64,000 nt of DNA from positions 1,080-65,079 of the forward strand of contig CAUPWE010000004.1 in NCBI GenBank assembly GCA_963515375.1. The letters are read 5' to 3'. This document shows positions 1 to 9,707 of this stretch, one piece after another. This DNA comes from an uncultured Candidatus Saccharibacteria bacterium (GTDB lineage: Bacteria > Patescibacteriota > Saccharimonadia > Saccharimonadales > Saccharimonadaceae). The notes below the pieces were generated by a model. It saw only the letters and a list, made by a program, of their open reading frames with translations. It made no database searches and had not been told where the DNA came from. The first letter of the stretch is position 1; every line of letters starts with the position of its first letter. The translations under genes and the position numbers were made by a program.

Positions 1-102
1 GTAACTGAGGAAATTATTTTACGCGGTGACATTTTTAAGCGCCAGGACGATGAGGCTCGCTTGGTGGCCCGAAATCTGCTCAATGATATAATGGACATAT
101 GA
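1..102 (+). CDS. 3' end of an upstream CDS (partial, product unknown)
   Basis: Frame 1 is open from base 1 (VTEEIILRGDIF...NDIMDI) to TGA at 100-102, overlapping the next ATG (ATGA). Confidence 0.5.
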   Translation, partial: VTEEIILRGDIFKRQDDEARLVARNLLNDIMDI

Positions 103-1472
103 GTTCAACAAAAACTCCAAAAAAGTTGGCAGTCAGACGCTTACAATCATCGAGAACATTTACCGCATTATTAGACCAAGTTTTCTTTATTTTCGCAGGC
201 TTGGCGTCGTTTTGGCTGGCCTGGTTGGTGCTTAGAGAAGGCTGGGCGAGCGGAGGCTGGTGGCTGGTTGGATTGTTTTTTGTGGTTTGGGCAATTGTCT
301 CTTACATAGCATTACCTCGATTGCATCGAATTCTAAGCAATGTTTACGTGCCAAATTATTTTATTGGTAGAACGAGAACGGCAGATGGAATATTGAGCGA
401 TCCGGTGAATTTAAGCGTTCGTGGTCCAGAGGAGAAATTACACAAGGCAATGACTACGGCGGGCTGGGCTCTGGCGGATGATATTACGCCGCGGTCGGCT
501 TGGCGGATGATACTAACAACGTTGGGTCGACGGAGTTACCCAAACGCACCAGTCTCGCCAGCTTTTTTATTTGGTAGGCGACAGGATTTTGCCTATCAGC
601 AAGAAGTTGATGGTAATCCAATGCGTCGGCACCATGTGCGGTTTTGGCGCTGTCCAGACGGTTGGTTGTTGCCGGGCGGGCATCGGGTGGATTGGCTGGC
701 GGCTGGTTCGTATGATAAAAGTGTCGGTTTATCGCTGTTTACTTTTCAATTGACGCATAAAATTGACGAAAATATTGATATTGAAAGAGACTATATTATC
801 GAATCAGTTAAAAATAGTGAGAAATATATCCGCGTGACGGTTCTGAAGGATTTCTCTACAGGCTATCATTCACGCAATGGTCATGGCGATTCAATTCGTA
901 CTGATGGTGATTTGCCAATTCTGGAAGTTGGTCGCGTAAAGCTTGATCGTCCGGTGACGACATTGAAGCGCTTCGGGATTATCATGGATGGGACAATTCA
1001 CGATCGTCATCCGCGAAATCACGAGACGTTAATTGAGGAATTATGGAGTCGCCGCCCGCCGCAGATTTTAATTGGTAGCGGTTTGATGGTTTTGGTATCG
1101 CTGTTTACGATTGGGCAAACGATGGTTAATTTTTCTAGCTGGCCAGAACTTTTGGCGCAGGTAACGAATATTGAGCAAATTGATATTAATCTGGCCAACA
1201 CGATACTGTCAATAACATCCGATCTGAACCTGCTGCTGGTGATAGTAGAGTTTGTATTGGTTGGGCTGCTGCTTCGGGGGAGTAGTCGGGCGCGGATATC
1301 GCTGTTGGCTGTGGCCACTTTGGCTATTATTACCGAGTCTCTGTCGGTGACGATTGAACGAATTAATATGTCGACCGTATTTCTTTTAACTTCAATTGGT
1401 GTGCATATTATGATTATGATGTTGTTTTCGTCAGATGCAGCACGCTATTTTACGGACCGGCGACGAAATTAA
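99..1472 (+). CDS. LssY C-terminal domain membrane protein
   Basis: SDPVNL, GWALAD, RRHHVRFW, WLAAGSYD and THKIDENIDIERD motifs; TM helices at both ends. Confidence 0.8.
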   Translation: MSSTKTPKKLAVRRLQSSRTFTALLDQVFFIFAGLASFWLAWLVLREGWASGGWWLVGLFFVVWAIVSYIALPRLHRILSNVYVPNYFIGRTRTADGILSDPVNLSVRGPEEKLHKAMTTAGWALADDITPRSAWRMILTTLGRRSYPNAPVSPAFLFGRRQDFAYQQEVDGNPMRRHHVRFWRCPDGWLLPGGHRVDWLAAGSYDKSVGLSLFTFQLTHKIDENIDIERDYIIESVKNSEKYIRVTVLKDFSTGYHSRNGHGDSIRTDGDLPILEVGRVKLDRPVTTLKRFGIIMDGTIHDRHPRNHETLIEELWSRRPPQILIGSGLMVLVSLFTIGQTMVNFSSWPELLAQVTNIEQIDINLANTILSITSDLNLLLVIVEFVLVGLLLRGSSRARISLLAVATLAIITESLSVTIERINMSTVFLLTSIGVHIMIMMLFSSDAARYFTDRRRN

Positions 1473-1476
1473 AATC

Positions 1477-1503
1477 CTAGCACTCTACTTGTACGAGTGC
1501 TAA
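1477..1503. promoter_or_regulatory. CIRCE operator upstream of hrcA, overlapping a sigma70 promoter
   Basis: cTAGCACTC-N9-GAGTGCTAA; -35 TTGTAC 1489-1494, 17-nt spacer, -10 TATAAT 1512-1517. Confidence 0.95.
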
Positions 1504-1523
1504 ACATGCGCTATAATTGATAT

Positions 1524-2234
1524 ATGACCGAACGTCAACAGGCGATTTTAGCTGCCATTATTGAGCAGTATGCCGAGATTGCGGCGCCAGTTGGCAGCGT
1601 GACGCTGGCCAAGTTGTTTGGCGTGTCCAGCGCCACGATTCGCAGCGAAATGGCCAAGCTCGAGGAGATGGGTTTTATTGAAGCGCCGCATACTAGCGCT
1701 GGGCGCATTCCTACTGACAAGGGCTATCGCTTTTATGTCAATGGCATCACCAATGCCCAGATGACGGAGCTGCCGAGCGGCATCGATCGCAGTGCGAGAG
1801 CGATCGAAGCGCATGTTAATTCGCACGTTGATAAGTCTGACCGAGCGATTCGCAGTGCCGTTGATAGTTTGGTGGAGCTGACGGGTAATTTCGGCTTTGC
1901 GTCGTTTGGTACGCACTTGTATATGAATGGTATGACGCAGTTGTTTAGCCAGCCGGAATTTATCGAGGGCGATCACGTGCAAGCGATTGCCAGACTGATT
2001 GATAATATCGAGCCGTGGCTGCACGAGGCTGCGCCGAACCAGCCGCTGAATGTGTTTATCGGCAGCGAAAACCCGATTGGTAAAAGTTCTGGCGCCACGC
2101 TGATCATCAGTAAATTCCGCTCGCAGTTTAGCGACGATAGCTATATCGGCGTGATCGGTCCGACGCGGCAAAATTATCGTCGGACGATGGAATTGGTGCG
2201 GCGAACCGGTGCTATGCTGGAGGGGATATTGTAG
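1524..2234 (+). CDS. hrcA: Heat-inducible transcription repressor HrcA (short, 236 aa)
   Basis: N-terminal wHTH with [35 protein letters not shown]-terminal [13 protein letters not shown] upstream. Confidence 0.95.
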   Translation: MTERQQAILAAIIEQYAEIAAPVGSVTLAKLFGVSSATIRSEMAKLEEMGFIEAPHTSAGRIPTDKGYRFYVNGITNAQMTELPSGIDRSARAIEAHVNSHVDKSDRAIRSAVDSLVELTGNFGFASFGTHLYMNGMTQLFSQPEFIEGDHVQAIARLIDNIEPWLHEAAPNQPLNVFIGSENPIGKSSGATLIISKFRSQFSDDSYIGVIGPTRQNYRRTMELVRRTGAMLEGIL

Positions 2235-2243
2235 GAGGAAAAA

Positions 2244-2768
2244 ATGACAAAGAATAAAGCTAAGAAAACTGAAGATTTAGAGCAGCAATTGGGCGAGTTG
2301 ACGCTGGATCTCCAGCGGACGCGGGCAGATTTTGAGAACTATCGCAAGCGTGTGGAGGCGGAGAAACAGTCGGCGCACCAAATGGGCCAGGCGAAGTCGG
2401 TGATGAAGCTATTGCCAGTGATTGATACGATTGAGCGAGCGATCGCCAACGTGCCAGAGGAATTGCAGGATAACGCGTGGGCCAATGGTGTGGCTAGCCT
2501 GGGCAGGCAACTCGACAAGCAGCTCGAAGGAATCGGCCTTAAGAAAATCGACGCCAAACCCGGTACACTATTTAACCCCGAACTGCACCAGGCTATTCAA
2601 TTTGACGAAGAAGCAGAGGGCGACAAAGAAGTTGTTGCCGAAGAGCTCCGCGCTGGCTATACGCTAGACGGCGCGGTTATCCGCGACGCGATGGTTAAGG
2701 TGACGCGCCAGTCATCGGAATCAACGCAGGCGGATGTCAAAGCAAGCACTGACATATCAGAGAAATAA
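2244..2768 (+). CDS. grpE: Nucleotide exchange factor GrpE
   Basis: LQRTRADFENYRKR, FNPELHQA and GYTLDGAVIRDAMVKV; AGGAGG SD. Confidence 0.97.
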   Translation: MTKNKAKKTEDLEQQLGELTLDLQRTRADFENYRKRVEAEKQSAHQMGQAKSVMKLLPVIDTIERAIANVPEELQDNAWANGVASLGRQLDKQLEGIGLKKIDAKPGTLFNPELHQAIQFDEEAEGDKEVVAEELRAGYTLDGAVIRDAMVKVTRQSSESTQADVKASTDISEK

Positions 2769-2787
2769 TTGGTTGTCACAAAATGAA

Positions 2788-2814
2788 TTAGCACTCTTGA
2801 CACCAGAGTGCTAA
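2788..2814. promoter_or_regulatory. CIRCE operator 1 of dnaK, containing the -35 element
   Basis: Perfect TTAGCACTC-ttgacacca-GAGTGCTAA; TTGACA 2797-2802, 17 nt, TATACT 2820-2825. Confidence 0.97.
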
Positions 2815-2832
2815 TTATTTATACTGAAATAG

Positions 2833-2859
2833 TTGGCACTCGACATAAAAGAGTGCTAA
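2833..2859. promoter_or_regulatory. CIRCE operator 2 of dnaK, just downstream of the predicted TSS
   Basis: TTgGCACTC-N9-GAGTGCTAA. Confidence 0.93.
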
Positions 2860-2909
2860 AATGAATATAAGAAAAACCAGATGTGATCGAAACAAGAAAG
2901 GGGAATCAT

Positions 2910-4823
2910 ATGGGTAAAATTATCGGAATCGACCTCGGTACAACCAACAGCGCCTTTGCGTATATGCTGGCGGGCAAACCAGAGGTTATCGCTAATGCTG
3001 AGGGTAATCGTACGACGCCGTCAGTGGTAGCAATTAATAAAAAGGGCGAACGCTTGGTTGGACAAGTGGCTCAGCGCCAACGTGTAACCAATCCAAAGAA
3101 CACGATTTACGGTGTCAAGCGGTTGATCGGTCGTAAATTTAATGACAAGGAAGTTCAAAAAGACTTGGATATCATGCCGTACCAGATTGTCAAAAAAGGC
3201 ACCGGCGTGGCCGTGAAAATGGGCGACAAGGAATACACGCCAGAAGAAGTTTCAGCCATGATCCTCAGTAAAATCAAAGCTGATGCTGAGGCATTCCTGG
3301 GTGAAAAAGTCACCGAAGCGGTCATCACTGTGCCGGCCTACTTCGACGATTCGCAGCGCCAGGCGACCAAGGATGCTGGTAAAATTGCTGGCCTGGAAGT
3401 CAAACGCATCATCAATGAGCCAACGGCCGCTGCTTTAGCGTACGGCCTGGAGAAAGGTAAAAATGACGAAACCATCGTGGTGTTTGACCTCGGTGGTGGT
3501 ACCTTTGACGTTTCCATTCTGGAGCTGGGCGACGGCGTGTTTGAGGTGAAGGCCACCAATGGTGACACCCACCTGGGCGGTGAGGACTTTGACAATATCA
3601 TCGTTAACTATTTCCTGGATGACTTCAAATCTAAAGAAGGCATCGACCTACGCAAAGACAATGCAGCCATGCAGCGCCTGAAGGACGAAGCCGAAAAGGC
3701 CAAGAAGGAGCTGTCGACAGTCACTGAATACGAAGTTAATATTCCGTTTATCACCGCTGATGCTGACGGGCCAAAGCACTTTGAGTTGAGCCTAACGCGG
3801 GCTAAATTGGAAGATTTGGTGAAAGATCTGCTAGCGCGCCTCGACGGTCCAGTTGAAAAAGCGCTCAAAGACGCCAAACTCTCTAAATCAGACATCCAAA
3901 ACGTGGTGATGGTTGGCGGTATGACCCGCATGCCAGCAGTGGTTGAGCGAGTGAAGAAGCTGTTCGGCAAAGACCCAATGCAGGGTGTTAACCCAGACGA
4001 AGTGGTAGCTGTCGGTGCAGCTATTCAGGGTGGTGTGCTAGCCGGCGACGTCAAAGATGTGCTACTGCTGGACGTAACACCATTGAGTCTTGGTATTGAG
4101 ACAATGGGCGGCGTGTCAACCAAGCTGATTGAGCGCAACACTACTGTGCCGACCAGCAAGAGCGAAGTGTTCTCAACCGCTGCCGACAACCAGCCGCAGG
4201 TGGAAATTCACGTCTTGCAGGGTGAGCGCGAATTCGCCAATGACAACAAGAGCTTGGGCCGCTTTGTGCTTGATGGTATCGCACCAGCACCACGCGGCGT
4301 GCCGCAGATTGAAGTGACGTTTAACATCGACGCTAACGGTATCCTCAATGTTACCGCCAAAGATAAAGGCACCGGCAAGGAACAATCAATTACCATCCAA
4401 AACTCTGGTAACATGAGCAAGGAAGACATCGAAAAAGCCCAGAAAGAGGCCGAGCTGCACGCCGACGAGGATAAGAAAAAGCGCGAAACCGTTGGCGCTA
4501 AAAACCAGCTGGAAAATGCCATCTATCAGGCAAAGAAAATGCCAGATGAGTTCAAGGATAAGATCTCTGACGATGATAAAAAGGCGATTGACGAAGCAGT
4601 CAAGGAAGCAGAAAAGCACAAAGACGCTGATGACAAGGACGAGCTAGAGGCGGCAGCCAAAGCACTGCAGGATGCCATCATGCCGATTGGTGCCAAAATG
4701 TATCAGCAAGCTGCTGAGGACAACAAGACTGATGAGTCCAAGGACGATAAAAAGTCTGACAAGGATGAGCCAGTCGAAGGCGAGGTGGTTGACGACGACA
4801 CCAAGAAAAAGGGTAAAAAGTAG
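2910..4823 (+). CDS. dnaK: Chaperone DnaK (Hsp70)
   Basis: [24 protein letters not shown] and [11 protein letters not shown]; start moved to ATG 2910 after the AAAGGGG SD. Confidence 0.99.
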   Translation: MGKIIGIDLGTTNSAFAYMLAGKPEVIANAEGNRTTPSVVAINKKGERLVGQVAQRQRVTNPKNTIYGVKRLIGRKFNDKEVQKDLDIMPYQIVKKGTGVAVKMGDKEYTPEEVSAMILSKIKADAEAFLGEKVTEAVITVPAYFDDSQRQATKDAGKIAGLEVKRIINEPTAAALAYGLEKGKNDETIVVFDLGGGTFDVSILELGDGVFEVKATNGDTHLGGEDFDNIIVNYFLDDFKSKEGIDLRKDNAAMQRLKDEAEKAKKELSTVTEYEVNIPFITADADGPKHFELSLTRAKLEDLVKDLLARLDGPVEKALKDAKLSKSDIQNVVMVGGMTRMPAVVERVKKLFGKDPMQGVNPDEVVAVGAAIQGGVLAGDVKDVLLLDVTPLSLGIETMGGVSTKLIERNTTVPTSKSEVFSTAADNQPQVEIHVLQGEREFANDNKSLGRFVLDGIAPAPRGVPQIEVTFNIDANGILNVTAKDKGTGKEQSITIQNSGNMSKEDIEKAQKEAELHADEDKKKRETVGAKNQLENAIYQAKKMPDEFKDKISDDDKKAIDEAVKEAEKHKDADDKDELEAAAKALQDAIMPIGAKMYQQAAEDNKTDESKDDKKSDKDEPVEGEVVDDDTKKKGKK

Positions 4824-4841
4824 GCTAATTATGTCGATATA

Positions 4842-4874
4842 TAAAATAGCCGGGAGTAAACACCGGCTATTTTA
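4842..4874 (+). terminator. Intrinsic (probably bidirectional) terminator after dnaK
   Basis: TAAAATAGCCGG-gagtaaaca-CCGGCTATTTTA. Confidence 0.85.
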
Positions 4875-5026
4875 GTGTAATACTAAGTGTTATGTGCTAT
4901 AATAAATCATGGAGCTACTAAGTAAACAACTACTCCGCACATAGATATAGGTAATTAACCATGGTGCAGCATAGGCACCATGTTTTTTATTATCAAAAAT
5001 CTGCATTCAAAATAGGAAGGAGATGC

Positions 5027-5157
5027 ATGAAATTATTGGAACAATCAATAGAAATAGCAGAAAAGCTCATCAGGGTGAGTATAGGCGAGATGGAACATTA
5101 TATATTGAACACCCTCTACGCGTTATGTCGGCTTGGTGTCTGTTCATTGAGAAGTAA
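5027..5157 (+). pseudogene. Frameshifted, truncated remnant of an HD-domain (p)ppGpp hydrolase-like (SpoT HD / Mesh1-like) gene
   Basis: SD plus ATG 5027 gives MKLLEQSIEIAEK; restoring one A at 5061-5064 continues AHQGEYRRDGTLYIEHPLRVM, then TAA 5155-5157; the HD motif is absent. Confidence 0.7.
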
Positions 5158-5293
5158 TTTGCTCTTTGAGTGTAGATGGTTAGGCTTTCTCGTACCTAGT
5201 ACAGTTTAGGGCTTAGTGTCTTTGTTTTGTTATTGCTGGCCAACACTATTCAGGATAATCAGTTTGATTATTGTGATGATGTAGTCAACTAAT

Positions 5294-5320
5294 CTAGCAC
5301 TCTTGCGTGTCGAGTGCTAA
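5294..5320. promoter_or_regulatory. CIRCE operator upstream of dnaJ
   Basis: cTAGCACTC-ttgcgtgtc-GAGTGCTAA; -35 TTGCGT 5303-5308, 17 nt, TATAAT 5326-5331. Confidence 0.95.
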
Positions 5321-5339
5321 AAGCGTATAATGAACGTAT

Positions 5340-6449
5340 ATGAGCAAGCGTGATTATTATGAAGTGTTAGGCGTGTCAAAATCGGCCTCAGAAGATGAGA
5401 TTAAGAAAGCTTTTCGCAAATTGGCGGTGAAATACCATCCGGATAAACAGGGCGGCGACGAGGCGAAATTCAAAGAAATCAATGAAGCATACGAAGTTCT
5501 GAAGGATAAGCAAAAGCGCCAGCGCTACGATCAATTTGGCCATGCTGGCGTCGGCGGTGCGTCGGGCGGCGGTTTTTCTGGCAATCCGTTTGAAGGGTTT
5601 GGTGGCTTTGGCGGGCAAAATATTCATTTTGACTTTGGCGACGGCGGCTTGGGAGATATTTTCAGCCAGTTTTTTGGCAGCGCGGCTGGCAGTTCGGGCG
5701 GCGGACGTCCGCGCGGGCGCGATATTGAAACGAATATAACATTAAGCTTTGAAGATGCAGTGTTTGGCGTGGAAAAGAAAATTAGCTTGAATCTGGAGGA
5801 TGAGTGCGAACACTGTCATGGCAATGGCGCCGAGCCGGGATTCGGTATGAAAACATGTCCGACCTGCAAAGGCGCCGGCCAGCAAACGCGGGTGATGAAT
5901 TCGTTGTTCGGGCAAATCCAGCAGGCGGTTACTTGTGAAACCTGTCGGGGCAAGGGGAAAATTCCGGAAAAAGAATGCTCGGTTTGCCGCGGCAAAGGTA
6001 CGACTCGCCAGCATCAAGATATTACTGTTAAGATTCCGGCGGGGATTGATGATGGCGCGACTATTCGCCTGCGTGAGCGCGGCGAGGCGGTAGCTGGCGG
6101 CAGTAAGGGAGATTTATATATCCATATCCGCGTTAAGGCGCATAAAAAGTTCACCCGCGAGGGCGATATTATCCTTTCAGAAGAGCATATTTCCATGGTT
6201 GATGCGGCATTGGGGACGGAAATTGACGTGGAGACTGTGGACGGCGTTATTACTATGAAAATTCCAGCTGGCACCCAGTCGGGGACTGATTTTAAGCTAT
6301 CCGGCCACGGCGTGCCGCATTTGCGCAGTGAATCGCGCGGTCCGCATATTGTGGGCGTAGTGGTTGATACGCCAACCAAATTAACGAAAAAACAGAAAGA
6401 ACTTTTAGAGCAGTTTAAGGGAACGAAGAAGCGCGGCTTGTTTTCGTAG
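5340..6449 (+). CDS. dnaJ: Chaperone DnaJ
   Basis: J domain with HPD, G/F region and four CxxCxGxG repeats. Confidence 0.99.
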   Translation: MSKRDYYEVLGVSKSASEDEIKKAFRKLAVKYHPDKQGGDEAKFKEINEAYEVLKDKQKRQRYDQFGHAGVGGASGGGFSGNPFEGFGGFGGQNIHFDFGDGGLGDIFSQFFGSAAGSSGGGRPRGRDIETNITLSFEDAVFGVEKKISLNLEDECEHCHGNGAEPGFGMKTCPTCKGAGQQTRVMNSLFGQIQQAVTCETCRGKGKIPEKECSVCRGKGTTRQHQDITVKIPAGIDDGATIRLRERGEAVAGGSKGDLYIHIRVKAHKKFTREGDIILSEEHISMVDAALGTEIDVETVDGVITMKIPAGTQSGTDFKLSGHGVPHLRSESRGPHIVGVVVDTPTKLTKKQKELLEQFKGTKKRGLFS

Positions 6450-6511
6450 TAAAATTTCTCCATGAAAATCCCTCTCGTGCTATACTAAAATTAGTATAAG
6501 AGGGATTAGGC

Positions 6512-9500
6512 GTGGAATTGATTTTTCTGTTAGTGATTATCATCGTGATAATTAAGGTGGCGCAGGGAGGCAGCAATCGGCTGTCTCGTCAATCTGAGGA
6601 TTATCAGCGCGGTTATTGGGATGGCGTGCGCGATGCGCAGAGCGGACGTGCAAAAATTGAAGATAGCGACGGTCAGGCCAAACTTATTACCGAGAATCAA
6701 GCTGCAGTTTCACAATCTACCGGCCTTGTATTAATTGGCGACGAAGAGGAAGAACCTGGCGATTCATCAGCTACTGATGCCGCGCCAATTGAAGAAAAGG
6801 CTAATATTCCTGACGAAAAGACGCAGATTGTCGAGTGGCTATCCCCAGCCAGTAATAAAGATAAAGAGAAAAATCGTCAAACCACCATCAATGTGGCGCT
6901 CTACACGGCATCATTATTGCTAACCGCTGGTATATTATTGTTGGCGCAAACGATTGAACTTTCAGCGCCGCTCAGGTTTAGTCTGGTGTGGCTGTTTATT
7001 TTTGTCTATTATGCCATTGGCCAGGTGCTATATGCTCGCCTACCAATCTTAAAGCCAGCCTCAACGGCGTTTATTGGTACGGCGTTGGCTGCTGTGCCGA
7101 TCGGCGGCTGGAGTATGCATTTACTGTTGGGGATTGATCCGGCATTGTGCTGGCTTATCACCTCCTTCATCGGCACTTTCTTATGCGTTGATGCTACGGT
7201 CAGACTCAATAGCCAACCGCTTGCCTATATTTCGCTGCTGTCGATGTTTACGATGACGACCAGCTTGCCGGCTGTTATGCATGCTCAGTTGGTGTGGTAT
7301 TATGCTGCGGTTCTATTGTTTGGGTGTCTGATGACCTTGGCCGCGTATTTTTCTAATCGTTTTCCACGCCAATTCACCGAGCCGTTGACGCTCATTAATC
7401 CATTTATCGTACCAGTAACCTTGTTTATCGCTCTTGGCTCAACGGCATATATGGGCACGCTTGATATCAGTATGCTGCTGCTCACTAGCGTTACTTATTA
7501 TTTTACTGTGGCCCTTGTCGAGAAATCAAAAAAGATGCGTACTTATGAGTTAACAACAGCGAGGATATTGCTATTGGCGATGACTGTTAGTTTCGCACTG
7601 TACTTATCAAATAACGACAGGCTGATTATGGGTGTAGCACTTGGGGTAGCGGCACTTGGTAATATGGTTTGGTCTATCGGGTCTATACGTGCCCAAAAGC
7701 AGCCCGATAAGCAGCACGAAATAGTACTGTGGGTTAGTTTTGTTGCTTTGCTGGTCGCTTTTTCGGTTATAGCTAGTGTCGAAATCCCACGGAGAAATAT
7801 AATCTCCTTTGCTTTGTTAAGTATGGTTTCGGTGGCGACTTTTGCGGCACTTTCATTGCTCCGTCGTGCCCGTTTTGGCGGTATGGTAGTGATAGCTGGA
7901 ATCTTATTAGTACCAGCTGGCATCAGGCTATTTGATCTCGACTTCGTAACAGCCTTACACGTACAGCACTCTATCTTTATGGTTATGGCCTTGCTGCCGG
8001 TTGTTTGTCGATTACTGGTTTTGAAACGTCCAAATATTACGAAAAGTCAAGCAATATTAGTGTATGGTGTTGCAGCTGCTTGGTGGTTAATGACGGTGTT
8101 TATTGCGACAGTTTTCTTGGCTGCTTATCCAGCAGAAGAAGGTTTGCTTTACCTATCAAATTCGGTGGCGATTGCCGCTATCGTCATGGGTATCGCTATG
8201 TGGCGCGAGAAAGCTTACGGTTTAGTGATTGGTGTTCATAGCTCTCTGCTTCTGATAGCATTAGTGCTGGCTTCGTATTTCAAGCTGGCTGGCGAAGAGC
8301 TTGCTATTTTGATGGCATGGTTGAACGGCTTGTCGTTGATATTATTAGTAGAGTGGCTGTACAATTACCGTAGCGAGGCAGCGGTTAAGTGCCGCGAATT
8401 GTTACTATATTCTGCCATTGGAGCGGCTGGTCTAATCGTCTTTTCGTCTATTCATCCGGCAGTTTGGCTGCCGTTAGCAGCATTATTGTATTATGCGTTT
8501 TATCGGCGGCGTGAGGATGGTTATCTGGGCGGAGCATACTTGGCGACAATTGCTTTGGTGTTGCTGTTCTTGCATTGGCTACGCGTGCCGCTAAGCGACA
8601 ATTTCACCATCACCGCTTGGGCGACGCTCGTCGGCTTCGGGGTAGTATATTGGTCATTAGCGATGAATAAGCGAGCGTCAATCGCTAGCGATATGACTCT
8701 ATTGGCTGCTACGGTACCAGCGGTGATATTACCGATAATAAATCTGTCGACGACATATGAATTGCCGTTCAAAATCTTGGGCTGGTTGGCGGCTGTCGCG
8801 GCACTTTATATGGTAGTGTATGCCAAGCGGGATTGGCGGTTGATGGCGATATTGGCGCATCCAAGTTTGGTATTGTTGTTCTACTTAACAGCGGAGTGGC
8901 TCGGCGTTAAGTCTGAGCTCATGTCGATCGTTTCGCTGATTATCTTTGCGGTGTTTTATGGCGCCGCTGTGGCTATGCGAACCAAGAAATTATCAGTTTA
9001 TTGGTATTATGCGTCATTTTGGAGCGCTATCGGTTGGTCGATGACTTTACTGCTGATGGCCATGCCAGCCAGTGTTGCGACGGAGGCGGTACTACTGGCA
9101 ACCTTGGCGTGGATAGTCAATGGCAGCGCCCTAATAGCCGAGGGGCTGCCGAAGAAGAATATCCTATACTTTGACTCGGGCGTGCTTTTAGTATTGTGCG
9201 GTATTTTATTTGCTATTCATATGTTAATTGCGCCTGTTCACGACATAGTGGTGCCATATCTGTGTTCAGTGGCAATTCTTTCGGGAGCGGTGATGTCGTG
9301 GCGCTGGCTGGGGTACGCTCATATATACACCATCGCGCACTTGGTGCCAGCACTCTCCGTGTTCAGCTTATCGACCCTTGTCCTGGCGCTAGCGGGTGAC
9401 AATGCCATGGAAATATTGTTCCTGGTCGAGCATTCGCTGATGGTTATCATCGGCTTGGCGCTTGGCAGACGGCTGATTACTATCTGGGGCGCTGTCGGCG

Positions 9501-9640
9501 TGACGCTAGCCTTAATCTATCTGCTGTCGGGTTACGCTTATGCGCTGGCTATTTTGGCTGGACTATCGATTATCACGGCAGTGGTGGTTGTGGTGGCCAG
9601 GGGGCAGAGAAATAAGCAGAACAAAGTTGCAAAAAAGTAG
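6512..9640 (+). CDS. Large polytopic membrane protein (1042 aa, more than 20 TM helices), function unknown
   Basis: Long uninterrupted ORF, almost continuously hydrophobic after an acidic N-terminal loop; GTG start with AGAGGG SD. Confidence 0.85.
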   Translation: MELIFLLVIIIVIIKVAQGGSNRLSRQSEDYQRGYWDGVRDAQSGRAKIEDSDGQAKLITENQAAVSQSTGLVLIGDEEEEPGDSSATDAAPIEEKANIPDEKTQIVEWLSPASNKDKEKNRQTTINVALYTASLLLTAGILLLAQTIELSAPLRFSLVWLFIFVYYAIGQVLYARLPILKPASTAFIGTALAAVPIGGWSMHLLLGIDPALCWLITSFIGTFLCVDATVRLNSQPLAYISLLSMFTMTTSLPAVMHAQLVWYYAAVLLFGCLMTLAAYFSNRFPRQFTEPLTLINPFIVPVTLFIALGSTAYMGTLDISMLLLTSVTYYFTVALVEKSKKMRTYELTTARILLLAMTVSFALYLSNNDRLIMGVALGVAALGNMVWSIGSIRAQKQPDKQHEIVLWVSFVALLVAFSVIASVEIPRRNIISFALLSMVSVATFAALSLLRRARFGGMVVIAGILLVPAGIRLFDLDFVTALHVQHSIFMVMALLPVVCRLLVLKRPNITKSQAILVYGVAAAWWLMTVFIATVFLAAYPAEEGLLYLSNSVAIAAIVMGIAMWREKAYGLVIGVHSSLLLIALVLASYFKLAGEELAILMAWLNGLSLILLVEWLYNYRSEAAVKCRELLLYSAIGAAGLIVFSSIHPAVWLPLAALLYYAFYRRREDGYLGGAYLATIALVLLFLHWLRVPLSDNFTITAWATLVGFGVVYWSLAMNKRASIASDMTLLAATVPAVILPIINLSTTYELPFKILGWLAAVAALYMVVYAKRDWRLMAILAHPSLVLLFYLTAEWLGVKSELMSIVSLIIFAVFYGAAVAMRTKKLSVYWYYASFWSAIGWSMTLLLMAMPASVATEAVLLATLAWIVNGSALIAEGLPKKNILYFDSGVLLVLCGILFAIHMLIAPVHDIVVPYLCSVAILSGAVMSWRWLGYAHIYTIAHLVPALSVFSLSTLVLALAGDNAMEILFLVEHSLMVIIGLALGRRLITIWGAVGVTLALIYLLSGYAYALAILAGLSIITAVVVVVARGQRNKQNKVAKK

Positions 9641-9707
9641 ATTTTATAAAATTTACAATATGGCAATTCGTGAATTGATGGGCTGAGCACGCAATATGTT
9701 ATAACGA

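Noticed and set aside
1548..2171. 207-aa minus ORF (likewise 22573-23190, 17815-18369, 6014-6463, 47155-47670 and other nested ORFs)
   Set aside because: Antisense or off-frame shadows of well-supported genes, with no motifs of their own
4898..4944. TGcTATAAT followed by an 11-codon ORF (MELLSKQLLRT)
   Set aside because: Too short to support; could be a remnant of a lost gene or just the promoter of the relic
4961..5209. 82-aa ORF between dnaK and dnaJ
   Set aside because: Better explained as out-of-frame read-through of the HD-hydrolase remnant
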